Shown: in pieces, positions 1 through 9,490 of the stretch
How positions within the stretch are numbered: position 1 is the first letter of the stretch
How the letters are laid out: each line of letters opens with the position of its first letter
NCBI GenBank assembly: GCA_964575865.1
Contig: CAZNSZ010000007.1
Location: forward strand, 18,931-82,930
From: an uncultured Bacteroides sp.
GTDB lineage: Bacteria; Bacteroidota; Bacteroidia; Bacteroidales; GCA-2748055
Direction of reading: 5' to 3'
DNA length: 64,000 nt
Notes under the pieces: model-generated
Databases searched by the model: none
What the model was told of the DNA's origin: nothing
Seen by the model: the letters and a program-made list of their open reading frames with translations, nothing else
Translations under genes and position numbers: made by a program

Positions 1-2646
1 CCGGACAGGAAGAGCCTGATCCTGGTGGAGCAGGAGAGGGGCACTCCCGCTTTCGGGGTGGTCGGGGAGGGGGATCTGGTCCGGCTCACCACCGGCAAAC
101 TGGAGGTTGTGGTCTCCAGGGAAACGGGACGGGTGGAGTTCCTGGATACGGAGGGGAATACCCTGCTGAGCGAACTCCCCGGTGGAGGAAAGAGCTTTGC
201 CCCCATCGAGGTGGAGGGGCGCAGGGGGTACAGTTTCCGGCAGGTCTTTGATTCCCCCGAAGATGAAGCATTCTTCGGTCTCGGCCAGCACCAGAGCGAC
301 GAATGGAACTACAAGGGAAAGAATGAGATCCTTTACCAGTACAACACCAAGGTCTCCATCCCATTCGTGGTCTCCAGCAAGAACTACGGGATCCTCTGGG
401 ACAACTACTCCCTGACCAAATTCGGGGATGTGCGCGATTACGGTGAACTATCCCAGTTCACCCTCTACAACCTCGATGGGGAGGAGGGTGGATTGACCGC
501 TACCTATGTCACTGCGGAAGGGGAGACGTATTTGCGGCGCGACGAAGCCGCAGTCGATTATGAAAACCTGACCACCATTGAAAAATTTCCCCGGGACTTC
601 CCCTTTTTCGAATCCACCATCACCTGGGAAGGCGAGATCGAGGCACCCCGTTCAGGGGAATATGAATTCAAACTCTATTATGCCGGGTATACCACCGTGT
701 GGATGAACGGTGAAGAGGTGGTGGCCGAGCGGTGGCGGACGGCCTGGAATCCCAACACCTATAAGTTCAGGGTGAAACTGGAGGCAGGAGAGCGGGTACC
801 TGTGAAGCTGCACTGGAGGCCGGACGGCGGAGTGTCCTATATCGGACTGAAGGCGCTGGGCCCCCTGGATCCGGAAGAGCAGGGAAGGCTTTCCCTCTGG
901 TCCGAAATGGGGCAGGAACTGGATTACTACTTTATTCACGGGGAAAACCTGGACGAGGTGATCGGAGGATACCGGTCACTGACCGGAAAGGCCCCCATCA
1001 TGCCCGAATGGGCTTACGGTTTCTGGCAGAGCCGGGAAAGGTACAGGACCCAGGAGGAGATCGTGGCCACCCTGGGGGAATTCCGCAGGAGGGGAATTGG
1101 GATCGACAACATCGTCCAGGACTGGTTCTACTGGGAGGAGGAGCGCTGGGGGAGCCATGAATTCGATCCTGCCCGTTTCCCCGATCCGGCAGGGATGATC
1201 CGGGACATTCATGACATGAATGCCCATGTGATGATCTCGGTCTGGCCCAAATTCTATATCACCACCGGTCACTTTAAAGAATTCGACAGGAACGGATGGA
1301 TGTACCGGCAGGCGGTGGAAGACAGCATCAGGGACTGGGTCGGGCGCGGATATATCGGCTCATTCTATGACGCCTATGCAGAGGAGGCCCGGACGCTGTT
1401 CTGGGAGCAGATGAACGACCACCTGTTTCCGCTGGGCATCGATGCGTGGTGGATGGATGCCTCCGAGCCCGATATCCTGTCCAATGCCAGCCTGGAGTAC
1501 CGCAAGGCGCTTACCGGCCCCACCGCACTGGGGCCTTCCACGGAATTTCTCAATACCTATTCCCTGGTCAATGCCGAAGCCATCTATAACGGGCAGAGGG
1601 GAGTCAGTCCAGACCAGCGCGTATTCCTGCTGACCCGCTCGGGTTTTTCAGGGCTGCAAAGATACAGCACGGCCACGTGGAGCGGCGACATCGGGACCCG
1701 TTGGGAGGATATGAAGGCCCAGATCTCCGCAGGTCTGAATTTTGCCCTGTCGGGGATTCCTTACTGGACCATGGACATCGGGGGATTCTGCGTGGAGCGC
1801 AGGTACGAAAGGGCACCCGAGGGCAGCGAGGACCTTGAGGAGTGGCGCGAGCTGAATGCGCGGTGGTACCAGTTCGGAGCCTTCGTCCCCCTTTACAGGG
1901 CGCACGGACAATTCCCATACAGGGAGCCGTTTCACATTGCTCCCGACAACCACCCGGCATACCGTTCGATCCTTCGCTACAACCGGTTGCGCTATCAGCT
2001 GATGCCCTACATCTATTCCCTGGGAGGAATGGTCCACCTTGAGGATTACACCATCATGCGGGCACTGGTGATGGATTTTCCCGGGGATACGGAGGTGACC
2101 AACATCAGCGATCAGTACATGTTCGGTCCGGGACTGATGATCTGCCCGGTCTACCGCTATAAGGCAAGGGAAAGGGAAGTCAGGTTTCCTGCCGGATCCG
2201 GATGGTACGATATCTATTCGGGCAGCCATTTCCAGGGGGGGCAGAGCCGGATCGTGGCCGCTCCTTATGAACAGATGCCCGTCTATGCCAGGGCGGGATC
2301 GGTTATTCCTTTAGGACCCCGGATCGAATACGTCGGGCACAAACCGGATGAGCCGGTGACATTGTTTGTCTTTGCGGGTGCGGATGGGACCTTCTCCCTC
2401 TATGGCGATGAAGGGGTGAACTACAATTATGAGAAGGGGGAGTTTTCCCTCATACCGGTCCGTTATGACGACAGCCAGCGGACGCTGACCATCGGTCAGC
2501 GGCAGGGGACCTATGAGGGGATGCGCGAACAGCGCAGTTTCAATGTGGTGTTTGTCACCCCGGATAACCCGGCCCCGCTGGAATATGGCGGAAAGGTCAC
2601 CCGCACGGTCGAATACGACGGAAGTGAAATAACCATTACTTTATAG
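1..2646 (+). CDS. GH31 alpha-xylosidase-like glycosidase with PA14 insertion (5'-truncated by window edge)
   Basis: Frame is open from position 1. WWMDASEP nucleophile and TMDIGGF acid/base motifs; PA14-like block (TITWEGEIEAPRSGEYEFKLYYAG); layout like CjXyl31A/BoGH31A. Confidence 0.9.
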   Translation, partial: PDRKSLILVEQERGTPAFGVVGEGDLVRLTTGKLEVVVSRETGRVEFLDTEGNTLLSELPGGGKSFAPIEVEGRRGYSFRQVFDSPEDEAFFGLGQHQSDEWNYKGKNEILYQYNTKVSIPFVVSSKNYGILWDNYSLTKFGDVRDYGELSQFTLYNLDGEEGGLTATYVTAEGETYLRRDEAAVDYENLTTIEKFPRDFPFFESTITWEGEIEAPRSGEYEFKLYYAGYTTVWMNGEEVVAERWRTAWNPNTYKFRVKLEAGERVPVKLHWRPDGGVSYIGLKALGPLDPEEQGRLSLWSEMGQELDYYFIHGENLDEVIGGYRSLTGKAPIMPEWAYGFWQSRERYRTQEEIVATLGEFRRRGIGIDNIVQDWFYWEEERWGSHEFDPARFPDPAGMIRDIHDMNAHVMISVWPKFYITTGHFKEFDRNGWMYRQAVEDSIRDWVGRGYIGSFYDAYAEEARTLFWEQMNDHLFPLGIDAWWMDASEPDILSNASLEYRKALTGPTALGPSTEFLNTYSLVNAEAIYNGQRGVSPDQRVFLLTRSGFSGLQRYSTATWSGDIGTRWEDMKAQISAGLNFALSGIPYWTMDIGGFCVERRYERAPEGSEDLEEWRELNARWYQFGAFVPLYRAHGQFPYREPFHIAPDNHPAYRSILRYNRLRYQLMPYIYSLGGMVHLEDYTIMRALVMDFPGDTEVTNISDQYMFGPGLMICPVYRYKAREREVRFPAGSGWYDIYSGSHFQGGQSRIVAAPYEQMPVYARAGSVIPLGPRIEYVGHKPDEPVTLFVFAGADGTFSLYGDEGVNYNYEKGEFSLIPVRYDDSQRTLTIGQRQGTYEGMREQRSFNVVFVTPDNPAPLEYGGKVTRTVEYDGSEITITL

Positions 2647-2648
2647 CC

Positions 2649-3992
2649 ATGAAAACCGAATTGATCAGACAACTGAGAACCGCAGTCCTTCTCGTAATCG
2701 CTGCTGGCATGGGTACTGCCTGCACCACCAACTGGCCCCAGTACAGGGGACCCGGCCAGAACCTGGTGGTCGAACAGACCAACCTCCCTTCGGAATGGGG
2801 CGAGGGAGAGAATATCCGCTGGGCCACCTCCATTGAAGGGGACAGCTGGTCATCCCCGGTGGTCTGGGGGGACAGGATTTTTGTGACGGCCGCCGTGCCT
2901 GTTAAGGTGAATCCGCCTGCACAGCAACAGGGTCCGCCTCAGGGGAATCAGGAGGAGGACCAGAGCTGGAGGAATGATGTGTACCGCTGGCAGGTGGCCT
3001 GCTACGATGCAGAGACCGGGGCCGAACTGTGGAAGGTCGTTACCCGGGAGGGGAATCCCAGGACCAAGAAACACCCTGCCACCAATTATGCCTCCGAGAC
3101 CCCGGTGGTGGATGCGGACCGGCTCTATGTGCAGTTTGGAATGATCGGCCTCTTTTGTTACGATCACGAGGGCAACCTGGTCTGGGAGAAGGACCTGGGT
3201 GCCTATGAGACCCTGAACGGGTGGGGAACGGGAAGTTCGCCGGTCCTCTTTGACGGGGTGCTCTATCAGCAGGTGGATAACGAGGAGAATTCGTTCCTGG
3301 TGGCACTTGAAGCTGCCACCGGAGAGGAGGTATGGAGGGTGAGCAGGGATGAAAAGACCAATTACAGCACCCCCGTGATCTGGAAGAACAGCGAAAGGAC
3401 CGAACTGGTCACCGGGGGAAAACGGTACAGGGCCTATGATCCGGCCACCGGTGAATTGTACTGGGAACTGCAGGCCGACGGATTCTATAACATCCCATCC
3501 GCAGTACCGGGCGGGGACATGCTCTACCTGGGCAATGCAGGATTCCGGGACACCCCGGGTACCATGTTTGCCGTGATGGCAGGGGCGGAAGGGGACATCA
3601 CCCCGGCCGAAGGAGCCACCACCAGCGACGGGGTGGCCTGGTCCAATCCGGACGCCCCCACACAGAACCCGACACCGCTCCTCTATAACGGTTTGCTCTA
3701 CGTTCTGGCCAGCCGGGGTGGGGTTCTCACCTGTATCGATGCCCGGACCGGTGAACAGCTTTACCAGGAAAAAGTGGACGGTGTGGGGGCTTGCTGGGCT
3801 TCCCCGTGGGCCAACGGCGACAGGATATACTTCTATGACGAGAACGGAAAGACCAGCGTCGTCAAAGCGGGCACGGAATACGAACTGCTTCACCAGAACA
3901 GCCTTGAAGGTAAGTTCTGGGCATCGGTGGCCGTGGCCGGCGATACCTATATCCTGAAGGCAGTGGAAAAACTCTACTGCGTCGGGTTATGA
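2649..3992 (+). CDS. PQQ-like beta-propeller repeat lipoprotein
   Basis: Signal ending GTAC; WPQYRGP start, SSPVVWGD, GTGSSP, YSTPVIW and ASPWA repeats. Confidence 0.85.
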   Translation: MKTELIRQLRTAVLLVIAAGMGTACTTNWPQYRGPGQNLVVEQTNLPSEWGEGENIRWATSIEGDSWSSPVVWGDRIFVTAAVPVKVNPPAQQQGPPQGNQEEDQSWRNDVYRWQVACYDAETGAELWKVVTREGNPRTKKHPATNYASETPVVDADRLYVQFGMIGLFCYDHEGNLVWEKDLGAYETLNGWGTGSSPVLFDGVLYQQVDNEENSFLVALEAATGEEVWRVSRDEKTNYSTPVIWKNSERTELVTGGKRYRAYDPATGELYWELQADGFYNIPSAVPGGDMLYLGNAGFRDTPGTMFAVMAGAEGDITPAEGATTSDGVAWSNPDAPTQNPTPLLYNGLLYVLASRGGVLTCIDARTGEQLYQEKVDGVGACWASPWANGDRIYFYDENGKTSVVKAGTEYELLHQNSLEGKFWASVAVAGDTYILKAVEKLYCVGL

Positions 3993-4023
3993 TCCGGCCG
4001 GGTTCCTTGGTTCACACCGGGAA

Positions 4024-5691
4024 TTAATCCGGAATGGTCATCCTGGCCTCGCGGTCAGGATCGTTCTGCACTTCAGAGACGTCATTAAGGACCATGACCT
4101 CTCCCTTTTCAACGGTATAAGCCGGCCATTGGGGAAGGGTGCTGACATTGGGATCCCCTGTGCGCATGAATTGCAGCAGGGCATCCGACATTTTCTCCGC
4201 CAGTGCCATGGGGCGTTCACCACCACCGGTGTGGCTCCACATCAGGTCCGTATTGTAGTACCAGAAGCAGATGTCGAGGCAGTGGAATGCGCGCAGCCGC
4301 TCATTGAACAGGGGCGGTTCCCATCCGAACCACGCCACATACACCGGGGCATGTTGCACCGATTTGGCATCGGCGGTACTGACCACACCTTTCCGGTTGC
4401 TGGAGATCAGGGTCATGACCTCAATGGGCGTGGCTTCCGGGAACGCGGCCGCATAGGCCCGGTAAATCTCCCCTGCGGCATCGCCGAAATTGCCCCTGAA
4501 TCCTGACTGGCCGGACAGCATCTCGATGGCCTGCTCCGCGGTGATTGATTCTAAATCCGGGTTGGTCCAGGCCGCCGACCACTCGTGAAAGGTGCTGCTG
4601 ATCAGCATGGGGACATCCGTAGAGGGCCCTTCCGGATCGGAAAAGAATGTTCCCGAGGGAATGTGGATGCCGTCCGCCACCGGGCCGAAGCTGCCCCGCC
4701 TCATTCCGCTCCCGCCATGCTCTTCGGCGCATTTCCGCGAAGCCCTGTTGGCCAGGTGGATGTAGGCTTCCCAGGGCATCTCCTGTAGCTGGCCGATCTG
4801 TGAAGCGTTCAATCCCGCCTCGCGAAGGATGTATGCTCCCACCAGCCTGGTGTACTCCTGGTCGAAGCCCTGAGTGGTCGATCCGCTCAGGGGGACGGCC
4901 CTGTGGATCAGCCCCTCGGTGGCAGGCATGGCCAGAAGGGTGCATACCTTGGCACCCCCGCCCGATTGTCCCATGATGGTGACATTCCCCGGATCACCTC
5001 CGAAACCTTCAATGTTGTTGTGTACCCATTCAAGGGCGGCCACCATATCCAGTGCCCCCGCATTCCCTGAGTGGGCATATTCCGGTCCCCCCACCCCCGA
5101 CAGGTCGGAGAATCCGATGGGGCCCAGCCGGTGATTGACCGAAACGAAAACGATATCCCCCTTGCGGCTCAGGTTCTCTCCCATGTAGCCGTTCTGTTCG
5201 ATCCCGTTGCCGTTGGTATACCCCCCGCCATGGAACCAGACCATCACGGGCCTTTTCTTTCCATCGGCGATCGCCGGGGTCCACACATTCAGTTTCAGGC
5301 AGTCTTCGCTCACATCGTCGTAATTCCAGTTGTCCCTGAACGATGCCCAGGCGTTGGCATACCGGTTGTCCATCAGCTGCGGGGCCGTGTTCCCCCACCA
5401 GACCGCCGGGTAGACGTCCTCCCAGGGCTCAGGCGGCTGCGGTGGCATGAACCTGTTCTTCCCGCCGGTATCCGCCCCGTAGGGGATCCCGCGGAACTGG
5501 TAGATCCCCCGAAGGATGAATCCCTGGACCTTTCCGTATTGTGTCTCGGCGATGGCAATGTCATCGCCGATGTAAAGCAGTTGTTCACCGCCGGTATCCT
5601 GTTCCGTGGAACCGGACCCGCCTGTGCAGGCCCGGGCAGCAAAGAATACGGCAATAAGGATCCAGGCATGGTGCAGTTTGTGTGTTTTCAT
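4024..5691 (-). CDS. Carboxylesterase type B family protein
   Basis: FRGIPYG, SEDCLKLNVW, WFHGGG, GQSGGG nucleophile elbow, C-terminal FH; N-terminal signal. Confidence 0.9.
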   Translation of the reverse strand: MKTHKLHHAWILIAVFFAARACTGGSGSTEQDTGGEQLLYIGDDIAIAETQYGKVQGFILRGIYQFRGIPYGADTGGKNRFMPPQPPEPWEDVYPAVWWGNTAPQLMDNRYANAWASFRDNWNYDDVSEDCLKLNVWTPAIADGKKRPVMVWFHGGGYTNGNGIEQNGYMGENLSRKGDIVFVSVNHRLGPIGFSDLSGVGGPEYAHSGNAGALDMVAALEWVHNNIEGFGGDPGNVTIMGQSGGGAKVCTLLAMPATEGLIHRAVPLSGSTTQGFDQEYTRLVGAYILREAGLNASQIGQLQEMPWEAYIHLANRASRKCAEEHGGSGMRRGSFGPVADGIHIPSGTFFSDPEGPSTDVPMLISSTFHEWSAAWTNPDLESITAEQAIEMLSGQSGFRGNFGDAAGEIYRAYAAAFPEATPIEVMTLISSNRKGVVSTADAKSVQHAPVYVAWFGWEPPLFNERLRAFHCLDICFWYYNTDLMWSHTGGGERPMALAEKMSDALLQFMRTGDPNVSTLPQWPAYTVEKGEVMVLNDVSEVQNDPDREARMTIPD

Positions 5692-5790
5692 GGGTAATGT
5701 AGATTGGTTCTAAATCAAATAAAATGTTCATTCAAGTTAAACTTTATTTTACGAAATTCATCCAACCCTCGTGTGAGATTTCCGCGGTAC

Positions 5791-8130
5791 ATGAATACCC
5801 GATACCCCCTGCGCCAGAAGCTGCTGATCCCGAAAAGGGACCTGGCCGGCCTGGCCATCATTGTCGCCGGATTGCTTCATGCGGCCATGCTTTCCGGGCA
5901 GCCTTCCCCGGAGCATCAGCAACAGCCGCTTGCGATACATGAAAAGCCCGGGCAGCAACTGCCGATGCAGAATGAACCGCTGACTTATTACATCGTACAG
6001 ACGACCGGGGAGATCCGGATCGACGGCCGGCTGACCGAGCCCGTATGGCAGGAAGCCCGGGTTGCGGAACATTTCTGGATGAGTTTTCCGGTGGATGACC
6101 GGAGGGTGGAGGATCCGCTGCGCACAGAGGTCCGTTTGGTGTCTGACCGGGAAAACCTCTACATCGCTGCAATCTGCTACGGATCGCCCGATTATGTGAT
6201 CAAGACCCTGAAGAGGGACAAGGAGTTCGAGGAGGGCGATGGTTTCGGGGTGGTGATCGATCCGGTGAATGAACGTACCAACGGATTTACCTTCGCGGTG
6301 AATCCTGCAGGGGTGCAGACCGAATACCTGATCACCGGACAGACCGGGCGCCGTCAGGCGCTGGAGCCGGGCCGCCTTCCCCAGGGGGTCAACATCGCAT
6401 GGGACAACCGGTGGTATTCGGAAGTGACCAACCATGAGGACCACTGGGTGGCTGAAATAGCGATCCCGTTTAAATCCCTGCGGTTCGAGGCCGGAAAGCA
6501 AAGCTGGGGCATCAATTTTTTCAGGCTGGATGCGGGGAGCAACAGCATCCATACCTGGGCTCCTGTCCCCATTGAGTTCAAGGAGATCGACCTGGGATAT
6601 ACGGGCCAGCTGGTGTGGGAAGATCCGCCTGAGAAGACCCGGGGAAACGTGGCCATCATTCCCTACGTGAAGGGATCGGTGGCCAGGGATTTTGAAGCAG
6701 GGACCGGTCCGGCGTATGATTTTCAGCCGGGTGTGGACGCCAAGGTGCCGGTCACCTCAAGCCTCAACCTCGACCTGACGGTCAATCCTGACTTTTCGCA
6801 GGTGGAGGTGGACCAGCAGGTGCTCAACCTGACCCTGTTCGATATCCGGCTTCCGGAGAAACGCCTGTTTTTCCTGGAGAACAGTGATATATTCGAGGAT
6901 TTCGGCATCCCCCCCATGCGGCCGTTTTTCTCGCGCCGCATCGGACTGGACGAGGAGGGGAACGCGATCCCGATCCTTTACGGCGCCCGCCTCAGCGGCA
7001 ACGTGAACAAGGACCTGCGCATCGGGCTGATGAACCTGCAGACCAGGGAGACCGATCTGTTCCTCTCCCAGAATTATACGGTGGCTTCCTTCCACCAGCA
7101 GGTGCTTGCCCGATCCGTGATCAAGGGATATTTCCACAACCGCGAAGCCATCGGGAATGAAGATCCCGATTACAACCGGAACATGGGACTCGAGTTTCAG
7201 TACCGTTCCGGGGATGGCCGTTTCCAAAGCTTCGCAGGGTACTCCAAATCATTCACGCCCGGTATGAAGCAGAAAGATTACTTCTACAATGTGGGGATCG
7301 GATATGACAACAGGAACCTCAGCCTTTACACCAATCTGGCGGGACTGGGTGAGAATTACCGGGCCGACCTGGGATACATCAGGGGTCAGGAGTATTATGA
7401 CGCCAGCCGTGACACCTCGGTATATGTGGGGCTTCACCACAGCCATTCGAGGGCTTTCTATACCCATTATGCGGAGGACAGTGAGAAGATCCTTTCGCAC
7501 GAGTTCGGCGCCAGGCAAACCTTCGATGTGGATACGGACCTCTCCCTGCTGCTCAGTGAGACGGAACTGAGCTACACCCTTGTCTTTACCTCCACCAGCC
7601 GGCTGCAGGGTTCCTTCGGTTACAACGTGGTCAACCTGCTGTATCCCTTCACTTTCCTTGACACAGAACCCCTGCCTGCGGGAATCTACCGGTACAGCCT
7701 GGGGGAGGTGCGCTACGAATCGGATCAGCGCCGTCTGCTCAGTTTCAAGGCCGGGGTATCTTACGGTGGATTCTACAACGGGACCAGGGCTCAGTACATG
7801 GCCGAGGTCAGGTTCAGGGCACAGCCCTGGGGTAGCTTCTCTATCAACTTCGAGCAGAACGACCTCCGGTTCCCTGAACCTTACGGGACCGGCAACCTGC
7901 TCCTCATCGGACCGCGGATCGAGATCAACTTTTCAAGGGCGCTTTTCTGGACCACCTTCCTCCAATACAATACCCAGGAGGATAATTTTAACATCAATTC
8001 CAGGTTCCAGTGGCGTTTTGCCCCCATGTCCGACCTCTATGTGGTGTACACCGACAATTATGCGGTGGAGTTCTGGGGCCCCAAACACCGTGCACTGGTC
8101 CTGAAACTGAATTACTGGTTCAATTTCTGA
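5791..8130 (+). CDS. CBM9-like / DUF5916 outer-membrane protein
   Basis: IDGRLTEPVW sugar-binding-like N-domain, LDLTVNPDFSQVEVD motif, alternating beta-strands ending LNYWFNF. Start moved from ORF-track 5704 to ATG 5791. Confidence 0.75.
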   Translation: MNTRYPLRQKLLIPKRDLAGLAIIVAGLLHAAMLSGQPSPEHQQQPLAIHEKPGQQLPMQNEPLTYYIVQTTGEIRIDGRLTEPVWQEARVAEHFWMSFPVDDRRVEDPLRTEVRLVSDRENLYIAAICYGSPDYVIKTLKRDKEFEEGDGFGVVIDPVNERTNGFTFAVNPAGVQTEYLITGQTGRRQALEPGRLPQGVNIAWDNRWYSEVTNHEDHWVAEIAIPFKSLRFEAGKQSWGINFFRLDAGSNSIHTWAPVPIEFKEIDLGYTGQLVWEDPPEKTRGNVAIIPYVKGSVARDFEAGTGPAYDFQPGVDAKVPVTSSLNLDLTVNPDFSQVEVDQQVLNLTLFDIRLPEKRLFFLENSDIFEDFGIPPMRPFFSRRIGLDEEGNAIPILYGARLSGNVNKDLRIGLMNLQTRETDLFLSQNYTVASFHQQVLARSVIKGYFHNREAIGNEDPDYNRNMGLEFQYRSGDGRFQSFAGYSKSFTPGMKQKDYFYNVGIGYDNRNLSLYTNLAGLGENYRADLGYIRGQEYYDASRDTSVYVGLHHSHSRAFYTHYAEDSEKILSHEFGARQTFDVDTDLSLLLSETELSYTLVFTSTSRLQGSFGYNVVNLLYPFTFLDTEPLPAGIYRYSLGEVRYESDQRRLLSFKAGVSYGGFYNGTRAQYMAEVRFRAQPWGSFSINFEQNDLRFPEPYGTGNLLLIGPRIEINFSRALFWTTFLQYNTQEDNFNINSRFQWRFAPMSDLYVVYTDNYAVEFWGPKHRALVLKLNYWFNF

Positions 8131-8268
8131 GGGCAGGCAGGATGCAAACAAAGAATTCGCACATATGGATGGAATTCCCGGATAAAATGAACAGGGACAC
8201 GACAAACCATCCATTGCACATTGAAACGATTGTATTGTACATCACTATATTTTAAACCTATCTGAAAA

Positions 8269-9450
8269 ATGAAACACCACCACAAACGAATTCTTTTGGC
8301 ATGGCTCCTGGTTTCAGGAGGGGTATGCTTCAATGCCCGCCTGGATGCCCAGGAACTGCCCTTTATGAGGACCAGGGTACAATCTCCGGAACTGCACCAG
8401 GATAACAGTGTAACGTTCAGGATTTTTCTTCCGGATGCGGAAGAGGTGACACTGAGCGGCGGATGGATGGAGGGGTGGGGAACCCGGGAGCCCATGGTCA
8501 GGAACGACACCGGGCTGTGGACCCTGACTGTCGGACCGCTGGAACCGGAAATCTATACCTATTCCATGTGGGTTCATGGGGCAAAAGTGCTCGACGCGGC
8601 CAACACGGATGTGATGCGCGACGGGAGAAGGTATGAAAGCATGCTGCTTGTTCCCGGGCCTGCCTCTGAAGTGTACATGGTGAACGAGGTGCCACACGGA
8701 ACCCTTTCCAAGGTGTGGTACCCCTCTCCGACCCTGGGCATGGACCGGCGCATGTATGTTTACACCCCCGCAGGTTACGAGGGGGGGTATGATACCTATC
8801 CGGTACTCTACCTGTTGCACGGCGGAGGCGGTGATGAGGATGCCTGGAGTACCCTTGGCCGCTGCAGCCAGATCATGGATAACCTGATTGCGCAGCGCAA
8901 GGCGCGGCCCATGATTGTGGTCATGACCAACGGGAATCCCGGAGAGGCAGCCGCTCCGGGTGCAGCCCCCCCCAGGGAGGTCCCCGAAGGAGAGGTGTTC
9001 AGGATGGGGATGGGGCTCTTCGAGAAGAGCCTGGTGGACGATGTGATCCCCTTTGTGGAGGAGCACTACCGTACCAGGGACGGCAAGGCCAACCGGGCGG
9101 TGGCAGGCCTTTCCATGGGAGGGATGCAGACCATGAACCTGGCCTTCGACCACAGCATGGTCTTTGATTACTACGGGGTGATGAGCATGGGGATCACGCC
9201 GCCCGGCCCCGATGGAAGGACCTGGTTCAACAATGTGGATGCGAGGTTGAGCAGCTTGAAAACCAGTGGATATAAGCTCTACTGGATCGGATGCGGCACG
9301 GACGATTTTCTCTACGATGCGGCCAAAAACCTGGTCAGCAAGATGGAAGAAGCAGGATTGCCCTTTACCTACAGGGAAAGTACGGGCGGCCATACATGGA
9401 GCAACTGGCGGATCTACCTGTCCGAGCTGGCCCCGCTCCTGTTCAGGTAG
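8269..9450 (+). CDS. CE1-type esterase with N-terminal Ig/CBM48-like domain
   Basis: Signal peptide; YPVLYLLHGGGG, AGLSMGG, GGHTW motifs. Confidence 0.88.
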   Translation: MKHHHKRILLAWLLVSGGVCFNARLDAQELPFMRTRVQSPELHQDNSVTFRIFLPDAEEVTLSGGWMEGWGTREPMVRNDTGLWTLTVGPLEPEIYTYSMWVHGAKVLDAANTDVMRDGRRYESMLLVPGPASEVYMVNEVPHGTLSKVWYPSPTLGMDRRMYVYTPAGYEGGYDTYPVLYLLHGGGGDEDAWSTLGRCSQIMDNLIAQRKARPMIVVMTNGNPGEAAAPGAAPPREVPEGEVFRMGMGLFEKSLVDDVIPFVEEHYRTRDGKANRAVAGLSMGGMQTMNLAFDHSMVFDYYGVMSMGITPPGPDGRTWFNNVDARLSSLKTSGYKLYWIGCGTDDFLYDAAKNLVSKMEEAGLPFTYRESTGGHTWSNWRIYLSELAPLLFR

Positions 9451-9490
9451 GCGTCCCGGTGCCATACCGGCCCGCTGAAGGTATGCCGGC

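Noticed and set aside
8165-8234. ATGGATGG/CCATCCAT inverted repeat and an operator-like TTGAAACGATTGTA upstream of the esterase
   Set aside because: Short stem with a long loop, weak palindrome, and no second copy seen.
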